47,863 bases of DNA, taken from the NCBI GenBank assembly GCA_003344405.1, contig NOWV01000226.1, positions 62,001 to 109,863 on the forward strand, written 5' to 3'. This DNA is from Trichoplax sp. H2 (Eukaryota). Each line of letters starts with the position of its first letter. Position 1 is the stretch's first letter. Positions 1 to 14,080 of the stretch are shown piece by piece. Under the pieces are notes generated by a model. The model had not been told where the DNA came from. It worked only from the letters and a program-made list of their open reading frames with translations, and ran no database searches. The translations under genes were made by a program, and so were the position numbers.

Positions 1-3000
1 ACAGGTATGGGTACAAAAAATAACATTGCAACCACCTTGTTAATTTAATAGACACAATAATTAAAAAGAAGAATATTAAGCAACTTTAGCCCTCAAGGAA
101 AGAAATCGTAAAATAAATTGCAACGGATGAATGGTTGGTCTCTGTGCTAGTACAATGAATACATACTGCTGTAATGGATAATTGAATATTCTTGGTCAAA
201 ATAGAATTGTGACTATTTTTAAGTCGAGATTTTGGGGGGATTGCATTCATGTATATTAGACATACACACTATATATAATACATATACATATTGTATTAAC
301 AGTATACAGACATACCCTCTAGTATGATGTACTTCAATCAATCGTAAACTATTTGGACGCATAAAAAAGCGATTAGGATTATCTACGATTTATCTCTATC
401 GTTGATATTAAGATTTTATATTATCTAGTCGCTGAAACAGTCGATAAAATGCTGTATCATGAACATGTACCTAAACTGCTAGGGTTAGGAAATTTTCTTA
501 ACGTTATACGGATCTTGTGATTTCAACTACAATTAATATTATTAATAAGATACTACGGCATAATTAATCCAGATGTATCCCACTTTAATATCTAGTATTT
601 ATTCCTTACCCTCATGCAAAAGTACCCATCAAATAATGCTTCTCAATCTAATTACCTCATTGTAAAGTACAGTTGGTCCACTTGCATGAAAAATTATTTA
701 TCGAGACGCATATTTTTGATTGAAACTTTTTTTTCTCCTTTGATTGTTTGATTTTATCTATTCTAAGCATGTACTCTTGTCACCTGTACCTACCAAGAAT
801 ATATTACAGGAATGATTGATCGATTCTACTTTGAACAATTTTGATACTTCTCTATGCAGAGGATATTTTTGGGGGGCATGTCTTTTTGTCAACAAAAATG
901 GTAAAGTAACTTACTAACTATTGCATCTTATAACAATATTTTATTTGGATAGGAGGCCTATATTAATTCAAAGTTAATGTATCGATCGATTTGATGCTAC
1001 TAGTGATTTTTTTTCAAACATGTTAGTCGCCCAACTGACAAATTATATAGGATAATTGCGTCCAATAGATCTATATTTGTATCGCGTATCGCACGCTTGA
1101 TGTATGTGATATAGAGATAGCTATACATGCATATTCGTATATACAGTATAGTATTTTTTTGTTTTTTTTAAAATATGTTGAACTCTATTCATGGCATCTT
1201 ACGAAAAATTGTTCGCTGTATTGATTGAAAATGTATCATCCTCAACTAAGTTGAACAGTGCTACACGAAATTTATGTCATACATAAGATAGAAATTGATA
1301 GATGTCAATGCACTAAGCGCCATGCTTATGCGTGATTGCATCGTCATCCCGTACATCATCATTAGTATGGAAAATAGTGCAAGTATCACTCTTAATAGAG
1401 ATCTCTATTTCGCTAATCATTGTTCTTTGTACGCTTTATTCTGAACAATCGCATTTGTTTTCTATGTTTTCACTGGTAAAATCATGTGAGGTAACAAAGT
1501 TATTTATTTACCTGTCAAGACCAATTTATTAATATTTAAAAAGTAATCGGAGAATAACTTGAAGAATAATTTGCTTAGACAATTACTTTGTTTGCTTTTA
1601 TATTATCAAATTAATAACAATCAGCACAAAGAGATAAAAAAAAATGGAGAACTCCTTAATATCGTAACAAGAACACCATCATTGCAAGACTACTGTACTA
1701 TTATTTTGGATCTTCATCGACCAAGGAACATGCTTTTATTATATAATACACAAGATTGCATAAAGCACCGACATATCGAACGTGCATCTTGATTTAATTT
1801 ATCCAACATGACATGAATGACGAAGAAGCATCATTTATCAATAACGTTCTATAGGCACTTTATACTTTTATCAAGTCTTCACAATTTTTTCTATGTTATT
1901 ACGGTAACTATTTTGTTTTTTATTAAGTATCTATGCAACACATAATATTAAATGTTGTCAATGTAAGTTATAATTATTTTTTTTTCGTATTATCTTATAG
2001 CTACAATAATTCTTGATGCTAATGACTTAAAAGAAAGAATCAGTAATATATAGATCATTCCAATAGCATGTTATTATAAATTGAAAGAATCAGCTTATAG
2101 AATAATCATAAGTTGATTTACTTCTATCGTATCTGATTCATGGAAATCACTATTTTGATTATGATGTTATTGGTATTGTACGTCTAATATTAGAATGATT
2201 TTTCTTGGCTAAAAGATGTTTATAAATTAATATTTGTACCGTCATGTATGAAATTTGATATTTTAAATTAAATTAGGCATATCTAGTAGATTTTGAACTC
2301 CTATTCAAAAAATGTCATTATTTGTCCGTAGATGATGACTATTTGTGATTCTTAATTTATACAAACGATGGTAGTATTCGACTTGTAAAGTTTGTACTCA
2401 ACATGCGTAGATAGTTTAGTACGCTAGTGACATAGGCTAACAACAATTATTTCTCACTTTCATCTTAAATACTTTGCTCGTATAATGTGACAGATATTAT
2501 CAAATTATAAAGGCTTCAATTTGAACGTATTAGGCAGCATATATTAAAAACTTTTCGTCAACAGGTTTTCGAAAAATGTCCCAAGTGATAACATTTATTT
2601 TTTTCACTTGCTTAATAATGCATAAAAAAGATCTATGAAGTAATTTATATACTTTGTGTTATAAAGATTCTCTAATACAATTTAACGATTTATATAACTG
2701 TCCTATTATGTTGTAGCTGTGCAAATTTACGTAATTAATGTCTCCATTACTATTACAAGTTAAGTTACATATTCTATATTTCCTGTACTATTAGCGTGTT
2801 AACTGTGCCGCCGATAACAGCTTTATGTCTTATTTATGTTTTTGCTATAAATTATTTGTAATTTATGTCTTATTAGAGGAGAGAATCAGTATGATATAGT
2901 TCATACTATGTGTTCGTACCTACGCCTTATAGAGAGTTATTTATCGACAAAATTTTAACCCGTAATAATAATTCTTATTGTACGTCCATGCAGCTGTTAA

Positions 3001-6000
3001 TATTTTTGACCTCGCTATATTATATACTGTAGTAATGTTGTTATCCTTGACATGTTTTTAAAAATTACGCTATTTTCCTACTTTATGAGTAAAAATATAC
3101 CGTTGGTTACACTTTTACTACATGTTCTCTAATATAATTGATAGTAAATGATGATACTACTATGATATTGCATAGATCTTAAATGTGAAATGTTTAAAAA
3201 GTATTGATAATAATTAAGTAATAATAATTAATCTGAAATTTTTTTCTCGGATAACTGTAGTCGAAAAAATAGCTTGCGCAGTATCTGCATGACTACTTTA
3301 TTAATGCAATTGTAATGCTTAACTAAAATCTCTAATTCTGTAATTAACGATTGCCTAATCAAATAAATAAACAGATGCTTTTGTCAGCCAATAATAATTT
3401 AGTACTTTTGCATATCCGCATGTTTCAAGTTTTACAAGGTATTTATTTCAAATGACTTTCAACATCCTTCGTGGAAAAGTATTTTTCATCTTTTTCTCCT
3501 ATTTCATTATCTGAGCAGTAATGTGATAAAGCGGACGATAATTTAACACCTTCTAAATATCGATCGTTCCTGTTGAATAATTTTATTTCTCCTACGTCTT
3601 AATAAATAAACCTTGACATAATACGTGTATTATAATGCACGGAACTTCAATAAACTTTTAGAATGCACTCCTATTAGGTAACTCTTAAACTACTGTATAT
3701 CTTAAGATTCATACAATTTCCTCTGATCAAAGAATTGCCAACAAAAAGGGTTCGACTATTGATGTCGTGGTAGTTATCTAGGACCAGCCGTACTACTCCT
3801 AATTGACGATTTCTAATAATGCTTGTTTGATGACTGTTAAATTATATGCAAGTCCAGTTTACTTTTTAAGCCCTATCTTGCCAATAATAATTAATAAAAT
3901 AGCTGGAAATGCTTCTTTTAACGAGTTTACTCGTCACTTATTTAACTCTCTTTAATTATTAATATACTAAGCTTTTCTAGATTTATACTTCACCATAACG
4001 TTTCATCTCATTTTAAGAAATTCGTGATTCTAAATTTAAATAGAAATACGACGTAACGCATACTAATTGAGGCCTAACATTTTAACAAACTGTTTATAAA
4101 ATTGTAGTTATGATTCGGGCTAATTTCGATGAAGAGTGTATGCAAGTAATTTATAACTTTTGACTAGAATAAAAAATTTGAAAATTTCGCTTTCTCTATG
4201 TTCAACTTTTAGTTAAAGTAGCTTACTAATCTGCTGGATAAAATAAAAGTATACACGTAATAGATTGCCTGACACTGGCAAAGAGATTAATTAGTCTTGT
4301 CCGTCTCTGAACCGAGTAAAAATCAGACTGATTAATTCAATTTGCATCTCCATTAAAAAATTTCGATACGGCGTTGCTTGTATTGGCTACATACCGTTCA
4401 AGTTCTATTTACTTAAGCATTTATTATGACATTTATTATCTATTTTTAGCAACAGTAATGACGTTTGATGAATATGCCTACTGATCCTACGGTAAGCGAT
4501 GCTAAAGTAAATAGATTTTTTCTATACTTGAAGGCAAATGATTAATTAAATTGAGAAGTGTATTAAATAAATAATATCCTTTAGCACAAAAGTAAGTACT
4601 GTCCATGTGTACATAGATACGCAATGGACGTATCGTCGTCACAACGTATCTTTAACTCGGAGCTTAGATAATTTGATAGTATGATAAAATGGTAAATTTG
4701 GCATGAGATTCAAATGACTTGCTTATTATTTTTGACATAACATCAACTCTATCGCCCCCAAGGTGGGATACAATGCACCGCAGGAATGTCAATTTATTTC
4801 TTTTATTTGAAATTATCAGATGAATCAACTATAGGATGAAAAGTTCACCAACTTGGATATAGGGTAGTGTAATACTCGAGCAAATTATCATGTTAACGCC
4901 TTTCAAATTTATACTCAACACGAAACAATAGGCTAATCAAGTAGCGGATCATCACAAATTAATCAATTGTTATCAATGCTAGAATGTTATATTATCGTCA
5001 AGAAGGAACCATAACAATAGATATGCTAATGCTACCTCCTGTTATTATCTTATCTAAGTTACATTATAGTCATAGTAACATCGTAACAGTAAGTATTGTT
5101 CAATCAAGAATGTGATAGATAATAAAATAGATTGGCAGCTTAATAATGAAGTACTGCAACACCCATGACTTGCATAATCTACAATACTAGGTGAACATGC
5201 GAACAGTATTTTGTATCGGACTAAAAGAAGGATAGCTTGTTGTATTACTACTATATTAGATTACTTTGCACTATATCATATCTATCTCATTTTACTAGCA
5301 TATACTGATTATTATATCGACATTATTATTAAGTTTTGTTGTAAAACGTACATTCCGTTACAAAGGTGAGAGAATACAATAATATAACACTAAATGGATA
5401 ATAGATAATTCTATCATCATTAAAGCGATCAATGATCACAATGGAATAGTACTTCAATCTCAGAGTTGTGTAGCTATTTATTATTGATTATCCAATATAG
5501 CCCACGGGTAGCGCTATATATGTAGATTTTACTAATTTTTTTACCTCAATCCGATGTTATAAATTCCTTTTTTTAAAATACAATGAGTAACATCCGAAAT
5601 GCATCGTGCAAGTCAGATTAATAATAATAATATGTACTATTATTAATTGGAATCAATACTGTATAATATACAGCGTATAGTCATAATAAATTTTAACAAT
5701 TAGCTATAAATCAAATGCAACAGTTAAGGACAAAACAATTAATATATAATGTGATTGCTAGCAATAGTTATGTATAAAATTAATTGCTAAATTCGTATAT
5801 TGTAATCTAACCTTAAAATGCATACTAATATTATCACTGATCATTTTGAAAACATTTCTTAAGAACATAAAACGATTAAAGAAAGCAAACATAAAGATAC
5901 ATACTCCATTCTGTATATAAAATAAAAGTGAGGATAAAATCGCAATTTGGTACGTTAATATTTTTGGAAGAAAAGAATCGAACTTACTCTGAATATAGTT

Positions 6001-8135
6001 ATTTTCGGTTAAATCTCGACAATAAATCTTGTTTACGCTTTTAAATGAAGTATAAATAGTCAGAGTAATAAGATAGAGCAATATAACATTGCAAATAGAG
6101 TAGCTATAAACTATCTTGATTTTATTCTGTAATACTGTATTATATTATTTCGATCATAATAAAGTTAGTATTACTTTATCTAATCAAAGGTGATAATTTA
6201 TGGCGGCAAAGAATAGTGACTTATCTTATTATATACCGTATTATAGAGCATTGGACTCATTATGTTAATATTAATATCATTTTTATGTAGTTATTAGGGC
6301 GTATTCCTTACGAAATTCTTTTGCTAATCAGATAAACAATCTAACAGTATCAAACAATATGAAGGGCATTAATGTTGAATAAGTTATCATTAACACTGTT
6401 GCAAAGGTCACGAACAAATTTTAATAGTCTCAATCGTTAAGGCTAATTTTATCCACTGCCAATAAAAGATATAATTGAAAATATATTGCTAATATTGCAA
6501 TAAGAATGGATAAAGTTCCTTAAATTATAGAAATAATACGTAGTTCAACAATAAAATATTATTCCAAATATAACGATGGCGTTTGGTATCTCTAAATAGT
6601 TCTATGATGAATTTCTATTGCAGAGGTTGAGCATGATAGAACTAGTGTTTGTAAATTATTAGGGTTTCTTGTAATCTATTTAATTACTAAAAATAGGCTA
6701 GCTACTGCATAAATTGCATATGGTAATTACTGAAACTAAATGAACGTTATACAGGTATCCAAACAAGACCCAAAAGAGTCGATTTTCTATTTCATTATTA
6801 ATTAACAACGTTCTAATATACATTATATTACAAAATAGGAGAGATTTTAAGCATAATGCCATGATATACTGAAATTGCATCGAAATTTTACATTTTTTAA
6901 AGATACTAGCCTCATTTGCGAACTTACTATGAACTTTGTCACAAGTCGCTATGATTATGGGATACGAAGGAGAACTGTGATTATCGTCACGCATGACGTA
7001 TGATTAATAATATTTATTACATACAAATAATCTAAAGTAAACTATAATCTTATATTAGTATAGAACTTAGACGCAGTAGGGACTTTTATCGTTTCATATG
7101 AGTAATACATTTAAAAAAATCAAAATAAAAAATACTTATAACTCGATTATAACATTTGCATGATACTAAGGTTTGTTAAAATTGGATAATTTAATATTTA
7201 AGGCTTAATTTAATATATTTACGATTTAAAACAAGTTAGCTATATTAACAGTCCCTACAATAGGGATTGTACTACTATATTCATATATTATGTACGTATA
7301 TTATGGTGTATAAACAGTATTTGCAAGCATATGAACAGTTTGTAAGATGGTTACTGTCTGCAGTCTTACTATTTATATCGATTCGAATTAAACATTTATG
7401 TCATTATATAGAAACCATAGGTTCAATCGGTATTTAATCTTAAAATTGTAGCTATAGGTTTAAAGAGTAAATCAACTAAATGTAAGATGATGAAGGTACA
7501 TAGTATGTATCGCACTCGCTGGCTACAGTATATAATTGCAATTAGTAAATCTTACTGCTTAAGCGTGCTCTCTTTGGTATATAACAGCTTACGTAAAGTA
7601 ACACCTAATTCAATTTAGAATGGTAGCAATATCAAGTTACTCAGACTTTTAGGGACTTTTATTAATTTGCTCTTATATCCTATTTATACTACTATTTAAC
7701 AGTTTTATGATTTCTAAAACATTTAGTAATCACTATTATTATTGGGCTAGTAACGAAAAGCCTGCACACCTTATTATCCATGTTTTAAATTGAAATATAC
7801 AATATTTGATCCAATGATAAATTTTTCTTCATTTTTTCGAAAGAGTATGGTTGTAATTGTAATAAATCACTCAGTTTTTGATTTTATTCAAACATAAACT
7901 GATCTCACGCCTAATTACAGTATACTTGCCAATAGGTAGTGTTATATATCCCTCTATAGATCTGTATCTACGGTATAGTAACAATTTTAATGGAATTAGT
8001 GGTGGAGACTCACGAACACTGTTCGTGATTTGAGGCGCAATATACAGGACAATATGGCAAATTAAATTATAGTAAACTGTACCGTGTACTGTATAATGTA
8101 ATATAGTATGGACATTCGATTTTCATAAGCGTACA

Positions 8136-8320
8136 AACATAACTGAGTGAATTTATAATAATATTTGGTATAGCGTATTTATAAGTATTGTATTTATAAC
8201 ATGCAGTTAAAATGTGGAACTATGCCGTATAATACAGTACAGTGCCGTTGGTATATTCGACTTACGTAAAAGTGTATAAACTTTACTTATATGTTGAACA
8301 TAACTGAGCGAATTTATAAT
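8136..8320. repeat. Degenerate direct repeat, 24-bp core AACATAACTGAGYGAATTTATAAT at 8136-8159 and 8297-8320
   Basis: The two copies match at 23/24 positions and are 161 bp apart. Weaker similarity continues downstream of each copy (TATAACATG...AATGYGG). Confidence 0.8.
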
Positions 8321-9751
8321 TAATCTTTAATATACTGTACAGTATTTATTATATAATTATTATTATATTTATATATATAACATGGAATAGCAATGCGGCA
8401 TGGCCGAAACTGCATGCATGCAGCCGCGTTGAAAGTTTTTAAATATGCGTACGGTATAAAGTATGGATGTAGATTATTATTATAGCTCACGAAGGCATGG
8501 ATACTTGGATAGGCATGGTCGCATGGACTACTAAAAGCAGACCATGACAGATACTGAGCACAGATATGGTTTTCATTGAAAAGTATACAGACACACGGAC
8601 ACGCGGGTGATACATACTATACAAGTATTACTTGTTTAATAATGGCTCAACATGAAGAATAAAGCTACACAGTATCGTAGATATCATTGATGTAGGTATT
8701 TTTTTGTCTAGTGACCTTGATAAATATCTGATAGTACCTGATGTTAAAGCCTCCGTCAAGCATCTAAAAATTCTGATCCACTCACTACTTTAGAGTTTAA
8801 GATACTTGTGATATGTATATTAATACCCTGCTTACAGTACAGTATAGTACAGTATAAATTACAAGTTTGGGGAGTTACTAGAGATTTATCCTATGCAACT
8901 GCATTAAAACTCGTCAATCATTAATCTGCCATAATGTACTAGAGTGTGCTATGCAAACGTATCTTATTTCTTTCATTGAAAGTAAAACATCTTTTGTATA
9001 TGAGAATATAGTGTATTTACGGCTACACATTCCATATTTACCGTATTACATCGAGAGATGTTTATTACGGAAATTTTTATGTAATTCTCACAAACATAAT
9101 AACTTTGATCAATTTAAAAGCATGGAGCGTTTTCAATTCTATATAGCAATATTAAATAGTTGTGTTACTAGGAAATCTTTATGTGTTAATGGAGATTACG
9201 CTGATTACGCTTTATGTATTTCTAACTCTATACCTGCCATCTTGCTATCGAACGTACAGTTAATAAGAACAGTGAAACTTTAAATTTGAGTCAGTTAGAT
9301 ATATGGCGGGAATATATAACACAATTTATTAATCATAATGCGCAGCCATGTGTGTGAGTCGGATAGTATGGGAAAAATAGAAATGTGAAAATCGTAAACT
9401 ATTAAAGCAAAATTAGTTTGTTAATTACCTAGTTAAAACCATGAGACTCTATTTCAACGTATAGGTACTTTCATCGAAGCATACACGATAGTTATATCAT
9501 AATAATACGACAATGTTTAACAAGAATACAATACTCAATAAGATTTTATGCCAAGGCACAATTCCACAATGTACACTGCTTAGTTGCAAACAATAACTGC
9601 ATAGTCGCACGTTATGATGAATAATGGTGGCAACACTATCGCAATATGAATCCGGTAACTATTACATCTTTTATAGTTGATGTCTTGACCAAGGAAGCGT
9701 CATTTTCGCTAAGTTAATATACCAATATTCGTCATACATCCAGTAGCATAA

Positions 9752-12700
9752 TTACTGATATTCTTTTGCAACGCGACCCGCAATAGTATTTAACATTACA
9801 TTACTGGCACCTTCGTAGATTGTTCCTAGGTGATTTCAAACGAATAAAAATTGCATATTTATTTATGATAAAAGGAACAAATAGTGGTGTTACCTACTCG
9901 CTTCTAATCGAATAGGGACTTAAATAAATATTTCTATACTATCGTAACGGTAAACTAGTTATAATGAATCAACCTGGGATGATATCTCTTAAGAATTTCT
10001 CGATAGGAAAGTCTTTCATATATCCCAATGCACCCATCCATTTGATACCTTTTAGACCTATCTGACAAGCCATCTGAAAATTGCCATTTACTAGCATTAG
10101 ACGAGCAAAAAATATTGAAATACTTGGTAATTTGTTTGTCTTTTACAAACGGATACTATTTCGACTAACCTCAGTAGAATAATATTTAGCCATAGCAGCT
10201 TCTTTTACGTAAGGCATATTACACTCGTGTAATCTAGCTGCGTTATAAGCTAGCAAACGAGCAGCTTCTACTTGGACAGTTGCTTCGGCTATCTGATGCT
10301 GCATTGCCTGTTTAGTACAATAAATCATATCAGCAACAACGACAATAAGAGTATACCATAGAATATAGTTATGCAATTGAAATTATACCGAAGCTATCTA
10401 TAATAAAACAATATGAAGGCATCGCATTGGTAAAAGTGTACTATGTGGTACCTGGAAATCAAATAGCCGTTTGCCAAATTGTTTTCTTTCCATTGTGTAT
10501 GGAATTACATGATCAAGAATGCCTTGAGCAGCACCCACCATCTAAATAAGACATATTGACAATAAGATGCCGTTTATTGAGCTTGCTAGATGATACTACG
10601 AACACTTTGACGATTACAAGATATTAATTTACTTTCCTCTGTGTGTGATAGTAATCGTTACTAAGGATCAAGATCAAAATAAATACTTTGCATAATTTAA
10701 GAATATTTACTTGAGCTGCAACTCCAATTCTTCCTTCATTTAAGGTGGATGCAATTATCTTATATCCTGAACCGATCTCTCCCACGATATTGCTAGCAGG
10801 AACCTATTTACATTCAAGAAACATAATTACTTTAGTATATTTAAGCATTTAATTTCTATACAGATAGCACTATATGTAAACAATAAATCTCGAAAAGAAA
10901 TAATGTCATTACTTTTATACTCTTAGATATATCATTTTACTTGCTATCCTACCTTAACGTTTTCGAATGTTACGGGACAATTTGAAACGGCGTGTTGACC
11001 AAGCTTAAAAAATCAACAAAAAATTCAAGTTTAAAGTATTGAAATTTTGATAATTTTTTAAAGTTACAGCTTATAATAAACTCTATACTGTTTAGATCTA
11101 TATCACTAAATAAATAAAATGGAATAAAATAAATACTTGTATTCAGCTGTATGTCATGGTCTTATATACCTTCTCTTCTCTTCTAGGAACACTAACACCA
11201 GGAGTATCTGCATCGACAATGAAGCAAGTGATCCCTTTATAGCCCTAGTAAGAATTGCCATGCAAAGTGTTAAGTAATAACCTTAGGAATACAGTATACT
11301 CATACAATAAAATTTACCTCTTCCGGTGCAGCGTTAGCCATAACTAAGAATGCGCCCGCCATATGAGCACTGGTGATCCACAGTTTATTTCCATTGATAA
11401 TATAGTGATCTCCACTACGCAAAGCTGTGGTTTTCATTGCAAAAGCGTCACTACCAGATCCTTCTTCAGATAGGCAAAAGCTACCAAACTGAAAAGTAAC
11501 GCATTCGCATTCAGATTTTATCGTATGACATTACTGACATTGATATTGCGAAATGAGCTAATAAAAATGAAAAGACTTAGCTTTACCATAATTAAGTCAC
11601 CATTATAATAAAATCAAAATGTGAAGTAATACGGTCTAACTCGTATATCAAATCACAGTAACCATTTTGTGTATTATATCGTATTAGAAGTAGTACGAGT
11701 ATACTGTATAGCTACGTGCATCTTGTATTTTATTACCAGACATATTCGATGTACAGTACAATCATAGACAACATGAAAAGGTCTTTTCTAGTAGTCCATA
11801 GTAAAACACAAATAATGTACACACGGGATTATTGAAGTGCCATTGTCGTGTATCTGTTTAAGCAATTACTCTTGTTGTCCATGGTTGGCAAACATGCTAT
11901 TACGCTGATGTAGCGATTGTATACAGTATACGTATATCCATATGTTGATTAAGAAGAGTAGTTCTACTCAATAAGTTGTAACGAAAAATCAAGTTGAATC
12001 AAACAGCTGTCATTGTTTTGAACGTTCATTTGTTGAAAACTTGGGATGTGACATTTAAAAGTATCAAAATAGTAGCGACAGAAATTTGTACGACACTGTA
12101 AATCAGTTCTGAATGTCTGTATCAAGTGATTGGAACTAACCATAGAATTTGCGAATTTGGACAGATACTTCTTTTTTTGTTCTTCACTACCATAATCAAG
12201 TACGACGCCAGCAATTAATGTATTCTGTAGATCAACCGCAGCACCCAGAGCGGGGTCCGTTTTGGAAATCTCCTCGATGACCACGACAGCAGAAAAAAAA
12301 TCCGCTCCTGGACCGTCATACTGGGTAGGAACTCGAATCCCTAGCCACTAAAAAGGTAAAACAACAGTGGGGTGACTTTACCGATGCAAAAAATACTGTC
12401 AATAAAATTAGAATTTTTTATTTTTCGAGGTGTTTGCGATTGATATGAAATCTGATATTGGACCATTTTATGCCTTTGATGAAAATTAAGTCAATCAGCT
12501 AACCCCTTGATCGAATAATTGTTTGACAATGTCTGGTGGAAAATCTCTAGCCTCTTCAAATTCTCTTGTTCTTGGTTCAAGTTGTTCTTTTCGAAATTTG
12601 CGAACTGTATTAGAATGGAAAGAATACATATTCGGTCATTGATATATCATCCATCAATAGCTGACGGTCAATACACAGTAAGTATGAAGGTTTTTGCTAG

Positions 12701-13394
12701 CTATAGCAGTAATTGATATCTCACTTTAATCCAGTTTCCATCGTTTGATGGCATTGTAACTGTTATTGCTTACGATGCTGACACAATGTAAACTAGTTGA
12801 TGTTATAACAGTGTTGGTCTACTTCTACAGGATGATTGCAGTCGTTTACGGGTATACAAACAAAATGGAGGTTAATCCGTTAAGTAAATTATCTTGACAA
12901 AATTGAGTGATATTGATCTATAACACTATCTATCATGGATTAGTAAGGTCGGAATCTATGGCAGTCGGACTACTTTGTAACTTTCGGATGCAAAATGTTT
13001 GAGAAATATATTGTTGAATTAATACAAGCAGTTTTGTAATGGATCCCTGATATACGCGTATGTGACACGTCTACAAAATCATGGCGTACAATACTCTATG
13101 CATTGACGCCTTCTATTCTTCAACTCATAGCAATCTACAACCATAAGATCAGAATAGAATTGGATCAGATCAGTTACTGCAGTTAGCCTTGCAATAAAGG
13201 TTCAAGAGGAGCCAATGAATGCTTGGAAAGGCCGACTTACCAGCATCTTGTAACATTTGTTCATCTTCCGACAGATCAGTCAACGGTTTCGAGGTGCAGA
13301 ATCGCTTGTTTCGGCCAGCAAGGACACCGGCCGTTAGTAATCGACTCTTGTGCGATAGATCGGTCACCAAACGCCGACACGATTGCATCATCAT
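9752..13394 (-). CDS. ACADSB: Short/branched-chain acyl-CoA dehydrogenase (ACADSB-like), ~417 aa, 11 exons: 13394-13241, 12604-12504, 12347-12141, 11488-11318, 11244-11170, 11003-10953, 10803-10711, 10541-10452, 10307-10170, 10073-9974, 9825-9752
   Basis: Exons join in frame through GT-AG introns (1254 nt). The N-terminus is Arg-rich and resembles a mitochondrial presequence. ACAD motifs: [71 protein letters not shown], and GTIYEGASN with the catalytic Glu. Confidence 0.93.
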
Positions 13395-14080
13395 GTTAGC
13401 TTAGCAATCAATGATCTTGTAGCTAAGGAGTATAACAATATCCACAGCGTTCTGAACTCGAATCGGATAAGCAAGATTCGTCGCAAGATTTAAATATGGC
13501 CAGAAACTGTAGCTGTCCCTGGAGTTGGAACGTTTGGTGGTGTTTACCTGGACAGCTGGACTTACTGTATATCACTGACCTGGGCTTGACCTGGACAGTG
13601 GACAGCTGGACTTACAGTATATTCAACGACCTGGACTTGATCTGGACAGTGGACAGCTGGACTTGTATAGGACTGCATTCTCGACCTGGACACGGACAGC
13701 TGGACTTGTAGTACAGTACAGTACTGGGTAAGCGCGTACTGTGTCAATTGGAATACGCAACCGAGGCTCGCTTTGCAGATGTTACAGTAACAGTATAGTA
13801 CAGAATAGCACAGGCTAGTAAACACCGTTATAGCGTGCAATTTACGATGCAGTACTGGCGAGCTCGAGCTGAGCAATTGCAGACTAGCTTGTAAATCAGA
13901 TGTTGTCTTTATGGATCATCGATCAATCTAGTCATTGGGATAAAGGAAGCCATCGTATAAAACTCTTTTCATGCTTTGATGGTGGATGCTAGGGTAGACG
14001 AGAAGTTCATGTGGTAACAGTGTGGTGTTGATGCGTACGTTAACTTAGACGATACTCTACTGTTTACCTCGTTCGTTATC
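13395..14080. promoter_or_regulatory. Bidirectional promoter region between ACADSB-like and RAD51B
   Basis: Only 686 bp lie between the divergent ATGs. The interval is locally more GC-rich and contains the GGACAGCTGGACTT array and TACAGTA motifs. Confidence 0.7.
13547..13710. repeat. Degenerate ~50-bp tandem repeat with invariant 14-mer GGACAGCTGGACTT (4 copies)
   Basis: The 14-mer starts at 13550, 13600, 13651 and 13694 (spacing 50, 51, 43). The intervening sequences are related to each other and built from GACCTGGAC/TGGACAG subunits. Confidence 0.9.

Noticed and set aside
1..860. Chain of short open minus-strand segments bounded by AG/GT (e.g. ~383-317 encoding NPNRFFMRPNSLRLIEVHHTR) that can be joined in frame
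   Set aside because: The chain needs mostly AAG acceptors and tiny exons and yields no recognisable protein. It could arise by chance, so RNA-seq is required before calling a gene.
3740..3800. GGTTCGAC T-loop-like motif
   Set aside because: No cloverleaf or acceptor stem can be built around it.
1332..9283. Short ORFs at 1332, 1559, 5758, 6698 and 8951
   Set aside because: They have the I/L/Y/F/N/K-rich composition expected from AT-rich non-coding DNA, with no motifs or convincing exon structure.
13496..13876. ORFs with repeated peptides (WTVDSWT; SPAVHCP)
   Set aside because: These are translations of the ~50-bp promoter repeat, with no independent coding evidence.
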